From contig CAUVXB020000001.1 of the NCBI GenBank assembly GCA_963555825.3, positions 1,952,001 to 2,016,000 on the forward strand: a stretch of DNA of 64,000 bases. The letters are read 5' to 3'. Under the pieces are notes generated by a model. It had not been told where the DNA came from. It did no database searches and worked only from the letters and a program-made list of their open reading frames with translations. This DNA is from Alphaproteobacteria bacterium (lineage in GTDB: Bacteria > Pseudomonadota > Alphaproteobacteria > JAAXGF01). Position numbers and translations under genes: made by a program. Below are positions 19,103 to 28,592 of the stretch, one piece after another (position 1 is the stretch's first letter; every line of letters begins with the position of its first letter).

Positions 19103-20362
19103 TCACGTCACCTTGGAGAATACCAACGAGGCGTTGGTTCCGCCGAAGCCGAAGGAATTCGACAGCGCCACGCGCACCGGTCGTTGCTTGGCGTCGTGGG
19201 GCACCAGGTCGATGTCACAACCAGGCGACGGATTGTCCAGGTTGCGTGTCGGCGGCACGACGCCGTCCTTGATGGCGAGAATCGAGAATACGGCTTCGAC
19301 GCCGCCCGCGGCGCCCAGCAGATGACCGATCGACGATTTCGTCGACGACATCGAGAGCGAATATGCATGGTCGCCGAACAGGCGCTTTACCGCGGACAGC
19401 TCGATCTCGTCGCCCAACGGCGTCGAGGTGCCATGAGCGTTGATGTAATCGACATCGTCGACATTTAACGTGGCGCTTTGCAGCGCCGCGCGCATGGCAC
19501 GAAAACCACCGTTGCCGTCGGGCGGTGGCGCGGTGATGTGGTGCGCGTCGCCCGACATGCCGTAGCCGACGACCTCGGCATAGATCGTCGCGCCGCGTTT
19601 CTTCGCGTGCTCGAGTTCCTCGAGCACGATGATCCCGGCGCCCTCGCCCATGACGAACCCGTCACGATCGCCGTCCCACGGCCGCGACGCACGATCCGGT
19701 TCATCGTTGAAGTGTGTCGAGAGCGCGCGCGCCGCCGCGAAGCCCGCCATGCCCAGCCGGCACACCGCAGCCTCGGCGCCGCCGGCGACGATGACGTCGG
19801 CCTTATCGTCGCGGATCAACCCCGTCGCGTCGCCAATCGCATGGGCGCCGGTCGAACACGCCGTAACGACGGCATGGTTCGGACCCTTGAAGCCAAAGCG
19901 GATCGACACCTGACCCGAGACCAGATTAATCAGCGCCGAGGGAATGAAGAATGGGCTGATGCGCCGCGGCCCACGATTTGCGAGCGTCAGCGAGGCGTCG
20001 TCGATCGATTTCAGACCGCCGATGCCCGAACCGATCATCACCCCTGTGCGTTCGCGCGCGTTTTCGTCGTCGGGCGTCCAGCCGGAATCCTCGACCGCCT
20101 GTACCGCGGCCGCGATGCCGTACAGGATGAAGTCGTCGATTTTGCGCTGGTCTTTCGGCACGACGAAATCGTCGGGGTGGAAGGCGTCCGCATCGTCGCC
20201 GCGCGGAACTTGCGCGGCGACCTGGCAGGAGATGTCGCTGACGTCGAAGGTCTCGATACGGCCGAACCCCGACTCTCCGTCAAGCAGCCGTTCCCAGGAA
20301 CGCTGTACGCCACTGGCGAGTGGCGTGACCAGCCCGAGACCGGTGACGACGACGCGTCTCAT
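19103..20362 (-). CDS. fabF: 3-oxoacyl-ACP synthase II
   Basis: TACSTG, NAHGTST, KSSIGHLLGAAG, NSFGFGG. Confidence 0.97.
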   Translation of the reverse strand: MRRVVVTGLGLVTPLASGVQRSWERLLDGESGFGRIETFDVSDISCQVAAQVPRGDDADAFHPDDFVVPKDQRKIDDFILYGIAAAVQAVEDSGWTPDDENARERTGVMIGSGIGGLKSIDDASLTLANRGPRRISPFFIPSALINLVSGQVSIRFGFKGPNHAVVTACSTGAHAIGDATGLIRDDKADVIVAGGAEAAVCRLGMAGFAAARALSTHFNDEPDRASRPWDGDRDGFVMGEGAGIIVLEELEHAKKRGATIYAEVVGYGMSGDAHHITAPPPDGNGGFRAMRAALQSATLNVDDVDYINAHGTSTPLGDEIELSAVKRLFGDHAYSLSMSSTKSSIGHLLGAAGGVEAVFSILAIKDGVVPPTRNLDNPSPGCDIDLVPHDAKQRPVRVALSNSFGFGGTNASLVFSKVT

Positions 20363-20414
20363 GGCGACGGGTCAGGGTGGGGTCGAGAGGACGGCGTGTC
20401 CTGTATGCAACCGG

Positions 20415-20648
20415 CTAGACGTTGTCCCCGATAAAGGTGATGGCGTCTTTTACGGTGAGGATGTTTTCGGCCGCGTCGTCGGGAATCTCGCAACCGAACT
20501 CCTCCTCGAACGCCATGACCAACTCGACCGTATCGAGGCTGTCCGCCCCGAGGTCATCTATGAAGCTCGCCGAATCGGTAACCTTCGCTTCGTCGACCCC
20601 AAGGTGCTCAATAACGATCTTTTTTACGCGCTCAGCGACATCGCTCAT
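20415..20648 (-). CDS. acpP: Acyl carrier protein
   Basis: [29 protein letters not shown]. Confidence 0.97.
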   Translation of the reverse strand: MSDVAERVKKIVIEHLGVDEAKVTDSASFIDDLGADSLDTVELVMAFEEEFGCEIPDDAAENILTVKDAITFIGDNV

Positions 20649-20806
20649 AATCGCTATCCCTCTGTTTTCTAAATTTCGGCTTTCTTTGGCATTGGCGGCG
20701 CCGCTAGCGCCACTTTCGTACAAGATCTCGCCGGCCCCTGAAGGCGAGGTTTCGTAACATACTTTCTAGCCCTTGACCAGTCGCCGCGAACGCGCCCGGA
20801 ACGGCA

Positions 20807-21544
20807 TCAAACCATGAGCAATCCGCCGTTCACATGGAGCGTCTGACCGGTGACGTAAGCCGCTTCGTCACTCGCCAGGAACACGGCGCATCCGGCGATA
20901 TCCTCGGGCACGCCGGCGCGACCCATCGGGATGCGGCCGAGCATCGCGTCGCGCGCCACGTCGCCCAGCACGGCGGTCATCGCGGTCTCGACCATGCCAG
21001 GCGCGATGCAGTTGACGGTAATGCTGCGGCGCGCCACTTCCTGCGCCAACGCCTTGCTGAAACCGGCCATGCCCGCCTTCGCCGCGGCATAATTCGTCTG
21101 ACCCGGGTTGCCACTCGTTCCGACCACCGAAGTGACGCCGATGACCCGGCCCCATCGTTGCTTCAACATGCCGCGTAGCACGGCGCGGGTCAGTCGGAAG
21201 GCCGCAGTGAGGTCGACGTCGATGACGGTCTGCCAATCGTCGTCGCTCATGCGCATCATCAGGCCGTCGCGCGTCAGCCCGGCGTTGTTGACCAGGATAT
21301 CGAGACCGCCCATCACCGCCTCGGCCACTGCCGGCAACGCTGCCAGCGCCTCGGCATCGGCCAGATCGGCCGTTGTGACATGGGCCCGTTCGCCGAGTTC
21401 GCTGGCGAGCGCGTCGAGCGCGTCGCGCCGGGTGCCCGATAGCGCCACGGCCGCCCCCTGGGCATGGAGCGCGCGGGCGATGGCGCCGCCGATGCCACCC
21501 GACGCGCCGGTCACCAGCGCACGTCTGCCGCTCAAGTCGAACAT
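20807..21544 (-). CDS. fabG: 3-oxoacyl-ACP reductase
   Basis: TGASGGIG, NNAGLTRD, GQTNYAAAK, GQTLHVNGG; between fabD and acpP. Confidence 0.95.
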   Translation of the reverse strand: MFDLSGRRALVTGASGGIGGAIARALHAQGAAVALSGTRRDALDALASELGERAHVTTADLADAEALAALPAVAEAVMGGLDILVNNAGLTRDGLMMRMSDDDWQTVIDVDLTAAFRLTRAVLRGMLKQRWGRVIGVTSVVGTSGNPGQTNYAAAKAGMAGFSKALAQEVARRSITVNCIAPGMVETAMTAVLGDVARDAMLGRIPMGRAGVPEDIAGCAVFLASDEAAYVTGQTLHVNGGLLMV

Positions 21545-21555
21545 CGCACAAACCC

Positions 21556-22497
21556 CTATAATGTCTGCAGCAAAGCCTCGATGTCGTCGGGCGCCGCGAC
21601 CGATATGGCCGAAAGATCGCGGTCGATACGCCGCGCGAGACCGCTCAATACCTTGCCCGCGCCCAGCTCGACCAGCGTGTCGACGCCGTGGTTGCGCATG
21701 TACAGCACGCTCTCGCGCCAGCGCACCCGTCCCGTCACCTGCTCGACGAGCAGCCGGCGGATGTCGGCCGGTACGGCGACCGGCGCGGCGGTCACGTTGG
21801 CGATCACGGGGACCGACGGCGCCGCGATGATCACGCCGTCCAGGGCTTCCGACATGGCATCGGCCGCCGGCGCCATGAGCGCGCAATGGAAGGGTGCGCT
21901 TACGGGCAGTTCGACGCATCGCCGCGCGCCGTGGTCGGGCGCGATCACGATAGCGCGCTCGACCGCCGCGCGCGCGCCGCTGATGACGACTTGGCCCGGT
22001 GCGTTGTCGTTGGCCGCGACGCAGACTTCGCCCTCGGCCGCCGCCTCGGCAACCGCCTCGGCGGCCTCGATGTCGAGACCCAGTAGCGCCGCCATCGCGC
22101 CCTCGCCAACCGGCACCGCCTGTTGCATGGCCTGGCCGCGATGACGCACCAGGCGCACCGTATCGGCCAGACCGAGGGCGCCTGCCGCCGCCAGCGCGGC
22201 GTATTCACCGACCGAATGGCCGGCGACGAATTCGGCATTCTCGGCCAGCGTCACACCGCCCTCGCTTTCGACGACCCGCACCACCGCCAGCGACATCGCG
22301 GCCAGTGCGGGTTGCGTGTTCTCGGTGAGCGTCAACTCGTCCTCGGGGCCGTCGAACATCAGCCGCGAGAGGTGTCGGTCGAGTGCGTCGTCGACCTCCT
22401 CGAACACGTGCCGCGCAGCGGGAAAGGCCTCGGCGAGAACGCTGCCCATGCCGACATGCTGAGACCCCTGGCCCGGAAAAACGTATGCACGCGCCAC
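21556..22497 (-). CDS. fabD: Malonyl-CoA:ACP transacylase
   Basis: VFPGQGSQ, GHSVGE, VSAPFH; GTG start inferred. Confidence 0.95.
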   Translation of the reverse strand: MARAYVFPGQGSQHVGMGSVLAEAFPAARHVFEEVDDALDRHLSRLMFDGPEDELTLTENTQPALAAMSLAVVRVVESEGGVTLAENAEFVAGHSVGEYAALAAAGALGLADTVRLVRHRGQAMQQAVPVGEGAMAALLGLDIEAAEAVAEAAAEGEVCVAANDNAPGQVVISGARAAVERAIVIAPDHGARRCVELPVSAPFHCALMAPAADAMSEALDGVIIAAPSVPVIANVTAAPVAVPADIRRLLVEQVTGRVRWRESVLYMRNHGVDTLVELGAGKVLSGLARRIDRDLSAISVAAPDDIEALLQTL

Positions 22498-22717
22498 GCT
22501 TTCACCCCCTTTCGCGATGATCTGATTGCCCGATGGGCGAAGCTTACAATCGGCAACGTCACGGGGACTGTCAAGCGCGCTTGCGCGGCGCGCGAATTCG
22601 AGTATAGTGCGCCGCCTCATAGCTCCTTGCCGGCCTAGCCGGCTTAGCTCGAACCGCCGTAGCGCGAGTTGTTTCGCCCGGCGCCGAGCACCCAACAGCC
22701 AGAAGGAGTAGCTAGGG

Positions 22718-23410
22718 ATGCCGCTCTACGAGAGCACGTTTATCGCGCGCCATGACATGTCGACCCGCCAGGTCGAATCTCTGGCCGAAGATATAACCAC
22801 CATCGTCAAGGACAACGGGGGCGAGGTCGCCAAGACCGAGTTCTGGGGTCCACGCACGCTGGCCTACCGGATCAAGAAGAACCGCAAGGGCCACTACGTC
22901 TTCTTCAATCTGGATGCGCCGTCCGAAGCGGTCCAGGAATACGAGCGCAACATGCGCCTCAACGAGGACGTTCTGCGCTACATGACGGTTCGTGTCGACG
23001 AACTCGATCCCAACCCGTCCGCGATCATGCAATCGCGCTCGGCGCGCGACGATCGGTCGCGCCGTGGCGGACCCGGGAGAGACCATGGCGACGCGGCACC
23101 GGGCGACGGCGAGGCGGCAAAGACCAAGGATGAGCCTGCCGCCAAGGCGGAACCCGCGGCCGACGGCGACACGGCGAAATCGCCTGACCCGGCGACGCCC
23201 GACACCGCCGCGGCGGCAGCCGAGGCCACGCCGACCGAGGCGGCGAGCGAAGCGGCTGACGCGGCGGCAGCCGACGCCACGCCAACCGAGGCGAAGAGCG
23301 AAGCTGCCGACACTAAGAAGCCCAAGCCCAAGCCCAAGGCCAAGGCCAAATCGAAGGCCAAGAAGGCGGACGACGACGCAAGCGCTGACGAAGATGGAGA
23401 GACGTCATGA
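22718..23410 (+). CDS. rpsF: 30S ribosomal protein S6 with long low-complexity C-terminal tail
   Basis: MPLYE, WG.RTLAY.IKK, EDVLRY; about 125-aa Ala/Glu/Asp/Lys-rich extension. Confidence 0.95.
   Translation: MPLYESTFIARHDMSTRQVESLAEDITTIVKDNGGEVAKTEFWGPRTLAYRIKKNRKGHYVFFNLDAPSEAVQEYERNMRLNEDVLRYMTVRVDELDPNPSAIMQSRSARDDRSRRGGPGRDHGDAAPGDGEAAKTKDEPAAKAEPAADGDTAKSPDPATPDTAAAAAEATPTEAASEAADAAAADATPTEAKSEAADTKKPKPKPKAKAKSKAKKADDDASADEDGETS
23210..23311 (+). repeat. Imperfect 51-bp tandem duplication in the rpsF tail
   Basis: gcggcggcagccgaggccacgccgaccgaggcg... at 23210 and gcggcggcagccgacgccacgccaaccgaggcg... at 23261. Confidence 0.85.
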
Positions 23411-23682
23411 CCGAAGCAAGCGAGGCCGCGGGCGGTACCACGGTTGCACGGCCCGAGCCGCGCCGGCCTTTCGTCCGGCGCCGCAAGGTGTGCCCCTTCT
23501 CGGGCGATAACTCGCCCAAGATCGACTACAAGGATGTCAAGCTGCTCCAGCGCTACCTGTCTGAGCGCGGCAAAATCGTGCCGAGCCGAATCACGGCAGT
23601 GTCCGCGAAGCGGCAGCGCGAATTGGCCCGGGCGATCAAGCGGGCACGCAATCTGGCGCTGCTGCCGTTCGTCGTCAAATAG
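23407..23682 (+). CDS. rpsR: 30S ribosomal protein S18
   Basis: [35 protein letters not shown]. Confidence 0.98.
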   Translation: MTEASEAAGGTTVARPEPRRPFVRRRKVCPFSGDNSPKIDYKDVKLLQRYLSERGKIVPSRITAVSAKRQRELARAIKRARNLALLPFVVK

Positions 23683-23685
23683 GAA

Positions 23686-24657
23686 TTGTCGGCGGCCGCC
23701 GGACATCTCATGTGGAAGCAGCTCGCCATCGTTCTAACGGCCGGAGTCGCCAGCGGTTTGGTATTCGTTGCACCGTCGGCGAATGCATCGGTTGGATTGC
23801 TCGTGATCAACTATTTCGCGCAGTTGCCCCTGTTGCTCATCGGTCTCAGTCTCGGCACGATGTCGGTCGCCACGGCGGGTATGGCGGCGCTCGTATCGGT
23901 CACCGTCGTCATCGGACTGGCCGGCGCGCTGCAGTACCTGATCGTCTTCGTCATCCCGGCCATGGTCGTCGTCAACCGTTCGCTGCTTAGCCGGGTGGGG
24001 CCCGACGGCGGTACCGAATGGTATCCGACCGGCAACCTGTTAGCGATCCTTGCCGGTTACGGCGCCATCGCATTCATCGCGGTGTTGATCATGCTCGCCG
24101 GCCAAGACGGTGGCCTTCGTGCCTTGATCCAAGACGCGATCGTCGCATTCGTCGCGATGTTCGCGCCCTCAGTGCCCGAGGGCGATCTGATCGCCATCGC
24201 GAAGCATTGGGCGCAATCGGTGCCGGCGATGATCGTCATGTCTTGGATGCTGATGATCGTCGTCAATTCGGCGATCGCGCAGAGCACATTGGTGGCCTCG
24301 GCCAAGAATTTCCGCCCGACACCCCGCTATTCATACTTCGAGCTGCCCCGATTGCTGGCCGCGATACTCGCGGCGGCCCTCGCCGTTTGGGCGCTTGGCA
24401 CAGACGACGTGGCGTTCATTGGCCGCACGCTCTCGATGGTCTTCGCGACACCATACTTTTTGCTCGGTCTTGCGGTTATTCACCGGCTGGTAAGTAAGTG
24501 GCCGTTACGCCGCCTGTTTTTGATCATTTTTTACATCATGCTGCTTCTGCTTTTGGACTGGCCCAGCTTCGCCGCGGTGGTCGGGCTCGGCTTTGCCGAG
24601 CAGTGGCTTGGACTGCGCCGGCGCTACGCGACTGGCCCGCCAGCTAAGGAGGACTAA
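23686..24657 (+). CDS. Predicted membrane protein (DUF2232/YybS-like)
   Basis: Multiple TM helices, EWYP.G motif, position between rpsR and rplI; start uncertain. Confidence 0.8.
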   Translation: MSAAAGHLMWKQLAIVLTAGVASGLVFVAPSANASVGLLVINYFAQLPLLLIGLSLGTMSVATAGMAALVSVTVVIGLAGALQYLIVFVIPAMVVVNRSLLSRVGPDGGTEWYPTGNLLAILAGYGAIAFIAVLIMLAGQDGGLRALIQDAIVAFVAMFAPSVPEGDLIAIAKHWAQSVPAMIVMSWMLMIVVNSAIAQSTLVASAKNFRPTPRYSYFELPRLLAAILAAALAVWALGTDDVAFIGRTLSMVFATPYFLLGLAVIHRLVSKWPLRRLFLIIFYIMLLLLLDWPSFAAVVGLGFAEQWLGLRRRYATGPPAKED

Positions 24658-24659
24658 TC

Positions 24660-25334
24660 ATGCAAGTGATCCTGCTCGAACGGATCGAAAAGCTCGGACA
24701 GATGGGCGACGTGGTCGACGTCAAGCCGGGCTATGCGCGCAATTTTCTGATGCCCAAGGGGAAGGCGTTGCGCGCAACCAAAGATAATTTGGCGCAGTTC
24801 GAGCAGCGCCGTGGGCAGCTCGAGGCGACGAATATCGAAAAGCGCAGCGAGGCCGAGGCGCTCGCCGATCAAGCCAAGGAATTCGCCTGCATCCTGTTGC
24901 GCCAGGCGAGCGATAGCGCCCAGCTCTATGGCTCGGTCACGGCGCGCGACATCGCGCAGGCGATCAGCGACAGCGGCGTGACGGTTCACCGCACCCAGGT
25001 CATGCTCGATCAGCCGATCAAGATGCTCGGCATCCACACGGTTCGCGTCGCGCTGCACCCCGAGGTGATCATCGACACCGAGGTCAACGTCGCGCGCACC
25101 GCCGAGGAAGCCGAAGCGCAGGCCGGGGCCGCCGCGCGCGGCGAAGCTCTGCCGACGCTCGCCGCGGCCGAGCCCGAAGAGGCTGGTGATGCCGAGGCGG
25201 CGCAAGAGGCGCCGGCCGATGATGACAGCAGCGACGAACCCGACGGGACCGAGACCGAGGCGGTCGAAACGGCGAGCGAATCCGAGGCCGAGCCCGGCGG
25301 CACCGATACGGGCGAAGCCGACCCAAAGGACTGA
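24660..25334 (+). CDS. rplI: 50S ribosomal protein L9 with acidic tail
   Basis: MQVILLERI, GYARNFL, LYGSV, VALHPEV. Confidence 0.97.
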   Translation: MQVILLERIEKLGQMGDVVDVKPGYARNFLMPKGKALRATKDNLAQFEQRRGQLEATNIEKRSEAEALADQAKEFACILLRQASDSAQLYGSVTARDIAQAISDSGVTVHRTQVMLDQPIKMLGIHTVRVALHPEVIIDTEVNVARTAEEAEAQAGAAARGEALPTLAAAEPEEAGDAEAAQEAPADDDSSDEPDGTETEAVETASESEAEPGGTDTGEADPKD

Positions 25335-25621
25335 TGGCCCTGCCCTGCCGATGCAGGGCGTCGTCTACGCAGTCCCGCCGTGGCAGCCGGCCCCGACGGG
25401 TTCAGACCGGCGTGCGCCGCGAATTTGCCACAGGCGCGCCGGACGGCGCGGCGCTGTCGTTTACCTCGACGTCGGCTCGACTATCCCCGATGTTATCCCC
25501 CTGTGGACGGAATCAATCCCCAAGTAATTCGATCCAGTCGCTAGCATTGAGACTGCATGCCGGGTGCCATACGTGTTACATAACTGGCCGAGGTGAGGAT
25601 CGATAGGTCGGTGGGTGGTTG

Positions 25622-27136
25622 ATGGCGGTAGAGAGCGTTTTCAGCGAACGGGACGACAGCGTTTCATACCGCAGCCTGCCCCACAATATCGAGGCCGAAC
25701 AGGCGCTGCTTGGCGCCATGCTGGTCAACAACGAAGTCGCCAACCGGGTCTCGGCGTTCCTCAGACCGGACCATTTTTTCCAACCGGTTCACGGCCGCAT
25801 CCACGAAGCCATTCTGGCGCTCGTCGAGCGCGGCCAGATCGCGACGCCGGTCACGCTGAAGACCTATTTCGAGGGCGACGAGGCACTCGTCGACGTCGGC
25901 GGCGCCCAATATCTCGCCCGGCTCGCCGGCTCGGCCGTGACGATCATCAATGCCGAGGACTACGGGCGCACGGTCCACGACCTCTACCTCCGCCGCGAAC
26001 TGATCAATCTCGGCGAAGACGTCGTCAACACGGCGTTCGACCACCGCGTCGACACGCCGGCCCAGGCGCAGATCGAGGAGACCGAGCAGCACCTCTTCAA
26101 CCTCGCCGAGGAGGGCCAGTACGAAGGCGGATTCGTCGCGATGCGGGAGTCGCTCGATACCGCGATCGGCGTGATGGAGAGCGCCTACAAGCGCGACGGG
26201 GGTATGACTGGCGTGCCCACGGGACTGGTCGACATGGACAACCTGCTCGGCGGGATGCACGCGTCGGACTTGATCATCATCGCCGGCCGGCCTTCGATGG
26301 GCAAGTCCGCGCTCGCCACCAATATCGCCTTCCACGCCGCCAAGAACTATCGCGTCGAGACCGACGACGACGGCAACCCGGCCGTCGCCGACGGCGCCGT
26401 CGTTGGGTTCTTTTCGCTCGAAATGTCGGCCGAGCAACTGGCTCTCCGCATCCTCGCCGAGGAGACCGGTGTCCCGTCCGAGAAGCTGCGGCGCGGTCAG
26501 CTGACCCGGGCCGATTTCGAAAATGTCGTGCTGGCGAGCCAGCAACTGAGCCGCGTGCCCTTCTTCATCGATGACACGCCGGCGCTCTCGGTCGCCGCGC
26601 TGCGCACCCGGGCGCGCAGGCTCAAGCGCACGCACAAACTTTCCATGGTCGTCGTCGACTATCTGCAGTTGCTGCAGCCGGCCGGGCGGTCCCGGCACGA
26701 TAACCGCGTCGTCGAGATCGGGCAGATCACCCAGGGCCTCAAGGCGCTGGCCAAGGAACTCGACGTGCCGGTGCTCGCGCTCGCCCAGTTGTCGCGCGCG
26801 GTCGAACAGCGCGAGGACAAGCGTCCGCTGTTGTCCGATTTGCGTGAATCGGGCTCGATCGAGCAGGATGCCGACGTGGTCATGTTCATCTTCCGCGAAG
26901 AGTATTATCTGAGCCGCAGCGAACCGACCCACCGGACCGAAGAATCCGACGAGAAGTACACCGAGCGCTACCAAAAATGGCACTCGAGGCTCGAGTCGGT
27001 CGCCGGTACCGCGGAAGTCATCGTCGCCAAGCAACGCCACGGCCCGATCGGCAACCTGCGCCTGCAGTTCACCGGAGAAACGACGAAATTCTCCAATCTC
27101 GACTCCGATCACGGTGTTGAAGATGCCCCGTTCTGA
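25622..27136 (+). CDS. dnaB: Replicative DNA helicase
   Basis: PHNIEAEQ, AGRPSMGKS, FSLEM, DYLQL, DLRESGSIEQDAD, KQRHGP; no intein apparent. Confidence 0.97.
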   Translation: MAVESVFSERDDSVSYRSLPHNIEAEQALLGAMLVNNEVANRVSAFLRPDHFFQPVHGRIHEAILALVERGQIATPVTLKTYFEGDEALVDVGGAQYLARLAGSAVTIINAEDYGRTVHDLYLRRELINLGEDVVNTAFDHRVDTPAQAQIEETEQHLFNLAEEGQYEGGFVAMRESLDTAIGVMESAYKRDGGMTGVPTGLVDMDNLLGGMHASDLIIIAGRPSMGKSALATNIAFHAAKNYRVETDDDGNPAVADGAVVGFFSLEMSAEQLALRILAEETGVPSEKLRRGQLTRADFENVVLASQQLSRVPFFIDDTPALSVAALRTRARRLKRTHKLSMVVVDYLQLLQPAGRSRHDNRVVEIGQITQGLKALAKELDVPVLALAQLSRAVEQREDKRPLLSDLRESGSIEQDADVVMFIFREEYYLSRSEPTHRTEESDEKYTERYQKWHSRLESVAGTAEVIVAKQRHGPIGNLRLQFTGETTKFSNLDSDHGVEDAPF

Positions 27137-27378
27137 GGCCTCGCCGATCGGCTCGGACGCGCGCTTGCGGCCCGACGACGCGACGCGGTTGGAACCAAAG
27201 CGCCGCACAGTCTGGGCGCGATCTCACGGTTTCTCGATGGCCGGCACCACGCCGCCTCGATTCGCCAATCGTCACGCGGACGCGTCGCGCCGCCGTTTGG
27301 TCGACTCGGCGCCCGACGCCGAGACACCGACGGAATAGCGGCGTTCGCCACGTACGTCACCTTCCGACCGGTCCGACC

Positions 27379-28482
27379 ATGAACGACATCGAGCGCGCCA
27401 GCGCGGTCCTGACCATCGATCTCGACGCGGTCGCCGAAAATTATCGTCGTCTTTCCACTCACTCGGGTGTCGCCGAATGTGCGGCGATGGTCAAGGCGAA
27501 CGCCTACGGCGTCGGCATCGAACGTGTCGCGCCGGTCCTCGCGCGTGTCGGCTGCCGTCAATTCTTCACGGCTTCGCTCGACGAAGGCATGCGCCTACGA
27601 GCGCTGGAGCCCGAGATCGACATCGCCGTCCTGAATGGCGTTTTGGGCGGCGACGAAGAGACCTACGAATGCCACCGCCTGGTTCCTGTGCTGAACGATC
27701 TCGGCCAGATCGAGCGCTGGGCGCGGCGCGGCCTCAATGACAATCCGCGGGCCGCCATCATCCACCTGGACACCGGCATGTGCCGCCTTGGCCTGCCGGC
27801 GGACGAAGTCGACCGCCTCGCCGATGAGCCGACGCGGCTCGACGGCCTCGATCTTCGCCTCGTCATGAGCCACCTCGCCTGCGCCGAGGACCCGGCGCAT
27901 GCCATGAACGAGGCGCAGCGCAAGCTCTTCGAGGCGCAGCGCGCGCGTTTGCCGGCGGCCCCGGCAAGCCTCGCCAACTCGGCGGGCATCTTCTTCGGTG
28001 CCGAATACCATCTCGACATGGTGCGCCCGGGGATCGCGCTCTATGGTTCGAATCCGCTTTTTGGCGCACCGAATCCGATGGTTGAAGTCGTTCGATTACA
28101 GGGCAAAATCACTCAGCTGCGTGACGTTGACTCGCCCCAGACCGTTGGCTATGGTGCCGCGCATCGTGTCGCCGGGCCGGGGCGAATCGCAACCGTGCCG
28201 GTCGGTTATGCCGACGGATATTTGCGATCGGCCAGTGGCCGCGCCTTCGCCGCGATCGGCGACACTCGGGTGCCGTTGGTGGGGCGCGTTTCGATGGATT
28301 TGATAACCCTCGATGTTTCGACCCTGCCGCCCGGTCGCGCCGAAATCGGCACGACCGTCGACCTCATTGGCGGCCCTTGCCCAATCGACGAAGTCGCTGG
28401 CTGGGCCGGTTCGATCGCCAACGAGTTTCTCACCGGCCTCGGGGCCCGTTATGCGCGCCGCTACGTCGGCGAGGAAACATAG
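27379..28482 (+). CDS. alr: Alanine racemase
   Basis: VKANAYG PLP-lysine motif, DTGM.RLG, SHLACA, GYADG, GRVSMD. Confidence 0.96.
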   Translation: MNDIERASAVLTIDLDAVAENYRRLSTHSGVAECAAMVKANAYGVGIERVAPVLARVGCRQFFTASLDEGMRLRALEPEIDIAVLNGVLGGDEETYECHRLVPVLNDLGQIERWARRGLNDNPRAAIIHLDTGMCRLGLPADEVDRLADEPTRLDGLDLRLVMSHLACAEDPAHAMNEAQRKLFEAQRARLPAAPASLANSAGIFFGAEYHLDMVRPGIALYGSNPLFGAPNPMVEVVRLQGKITQLRDVDSPQTVGYGAAHRVAGPGRIATVPVGYADGYLRSASGRAFAAIGDTRVPLVGRVSMDLITLDVSTLPPGRAEIGTTVDLIGGPCPIDEVAGWAGSIANEFLTGLGARYARRYVGEET

Positions 28483-28485
28483 ACG

Positions 28486-28551
28486 ATGAACCCGCTCGCA
28501 CTCATCGGCCGCGCCGAAGGTCCGAACCAGATGGCGGTAAGGAACGCGTGA
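28486..28551 (+). pseudogene. Probable deletion scar: MlaE-like start fused to MlaF-like end (MNPLALIGRAEGPNQMAVRNA)
   Basis: 21-codon ORF at the position where mlaE-mlaF usually lie between alr and radA; termini resemble those proteins from recall. Confidence 0.6.
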
Positions 28552-28592
28552 ACGCCTCGGCGCCGTTTTCGGCCACGCCCGAGGCCCGTTGA

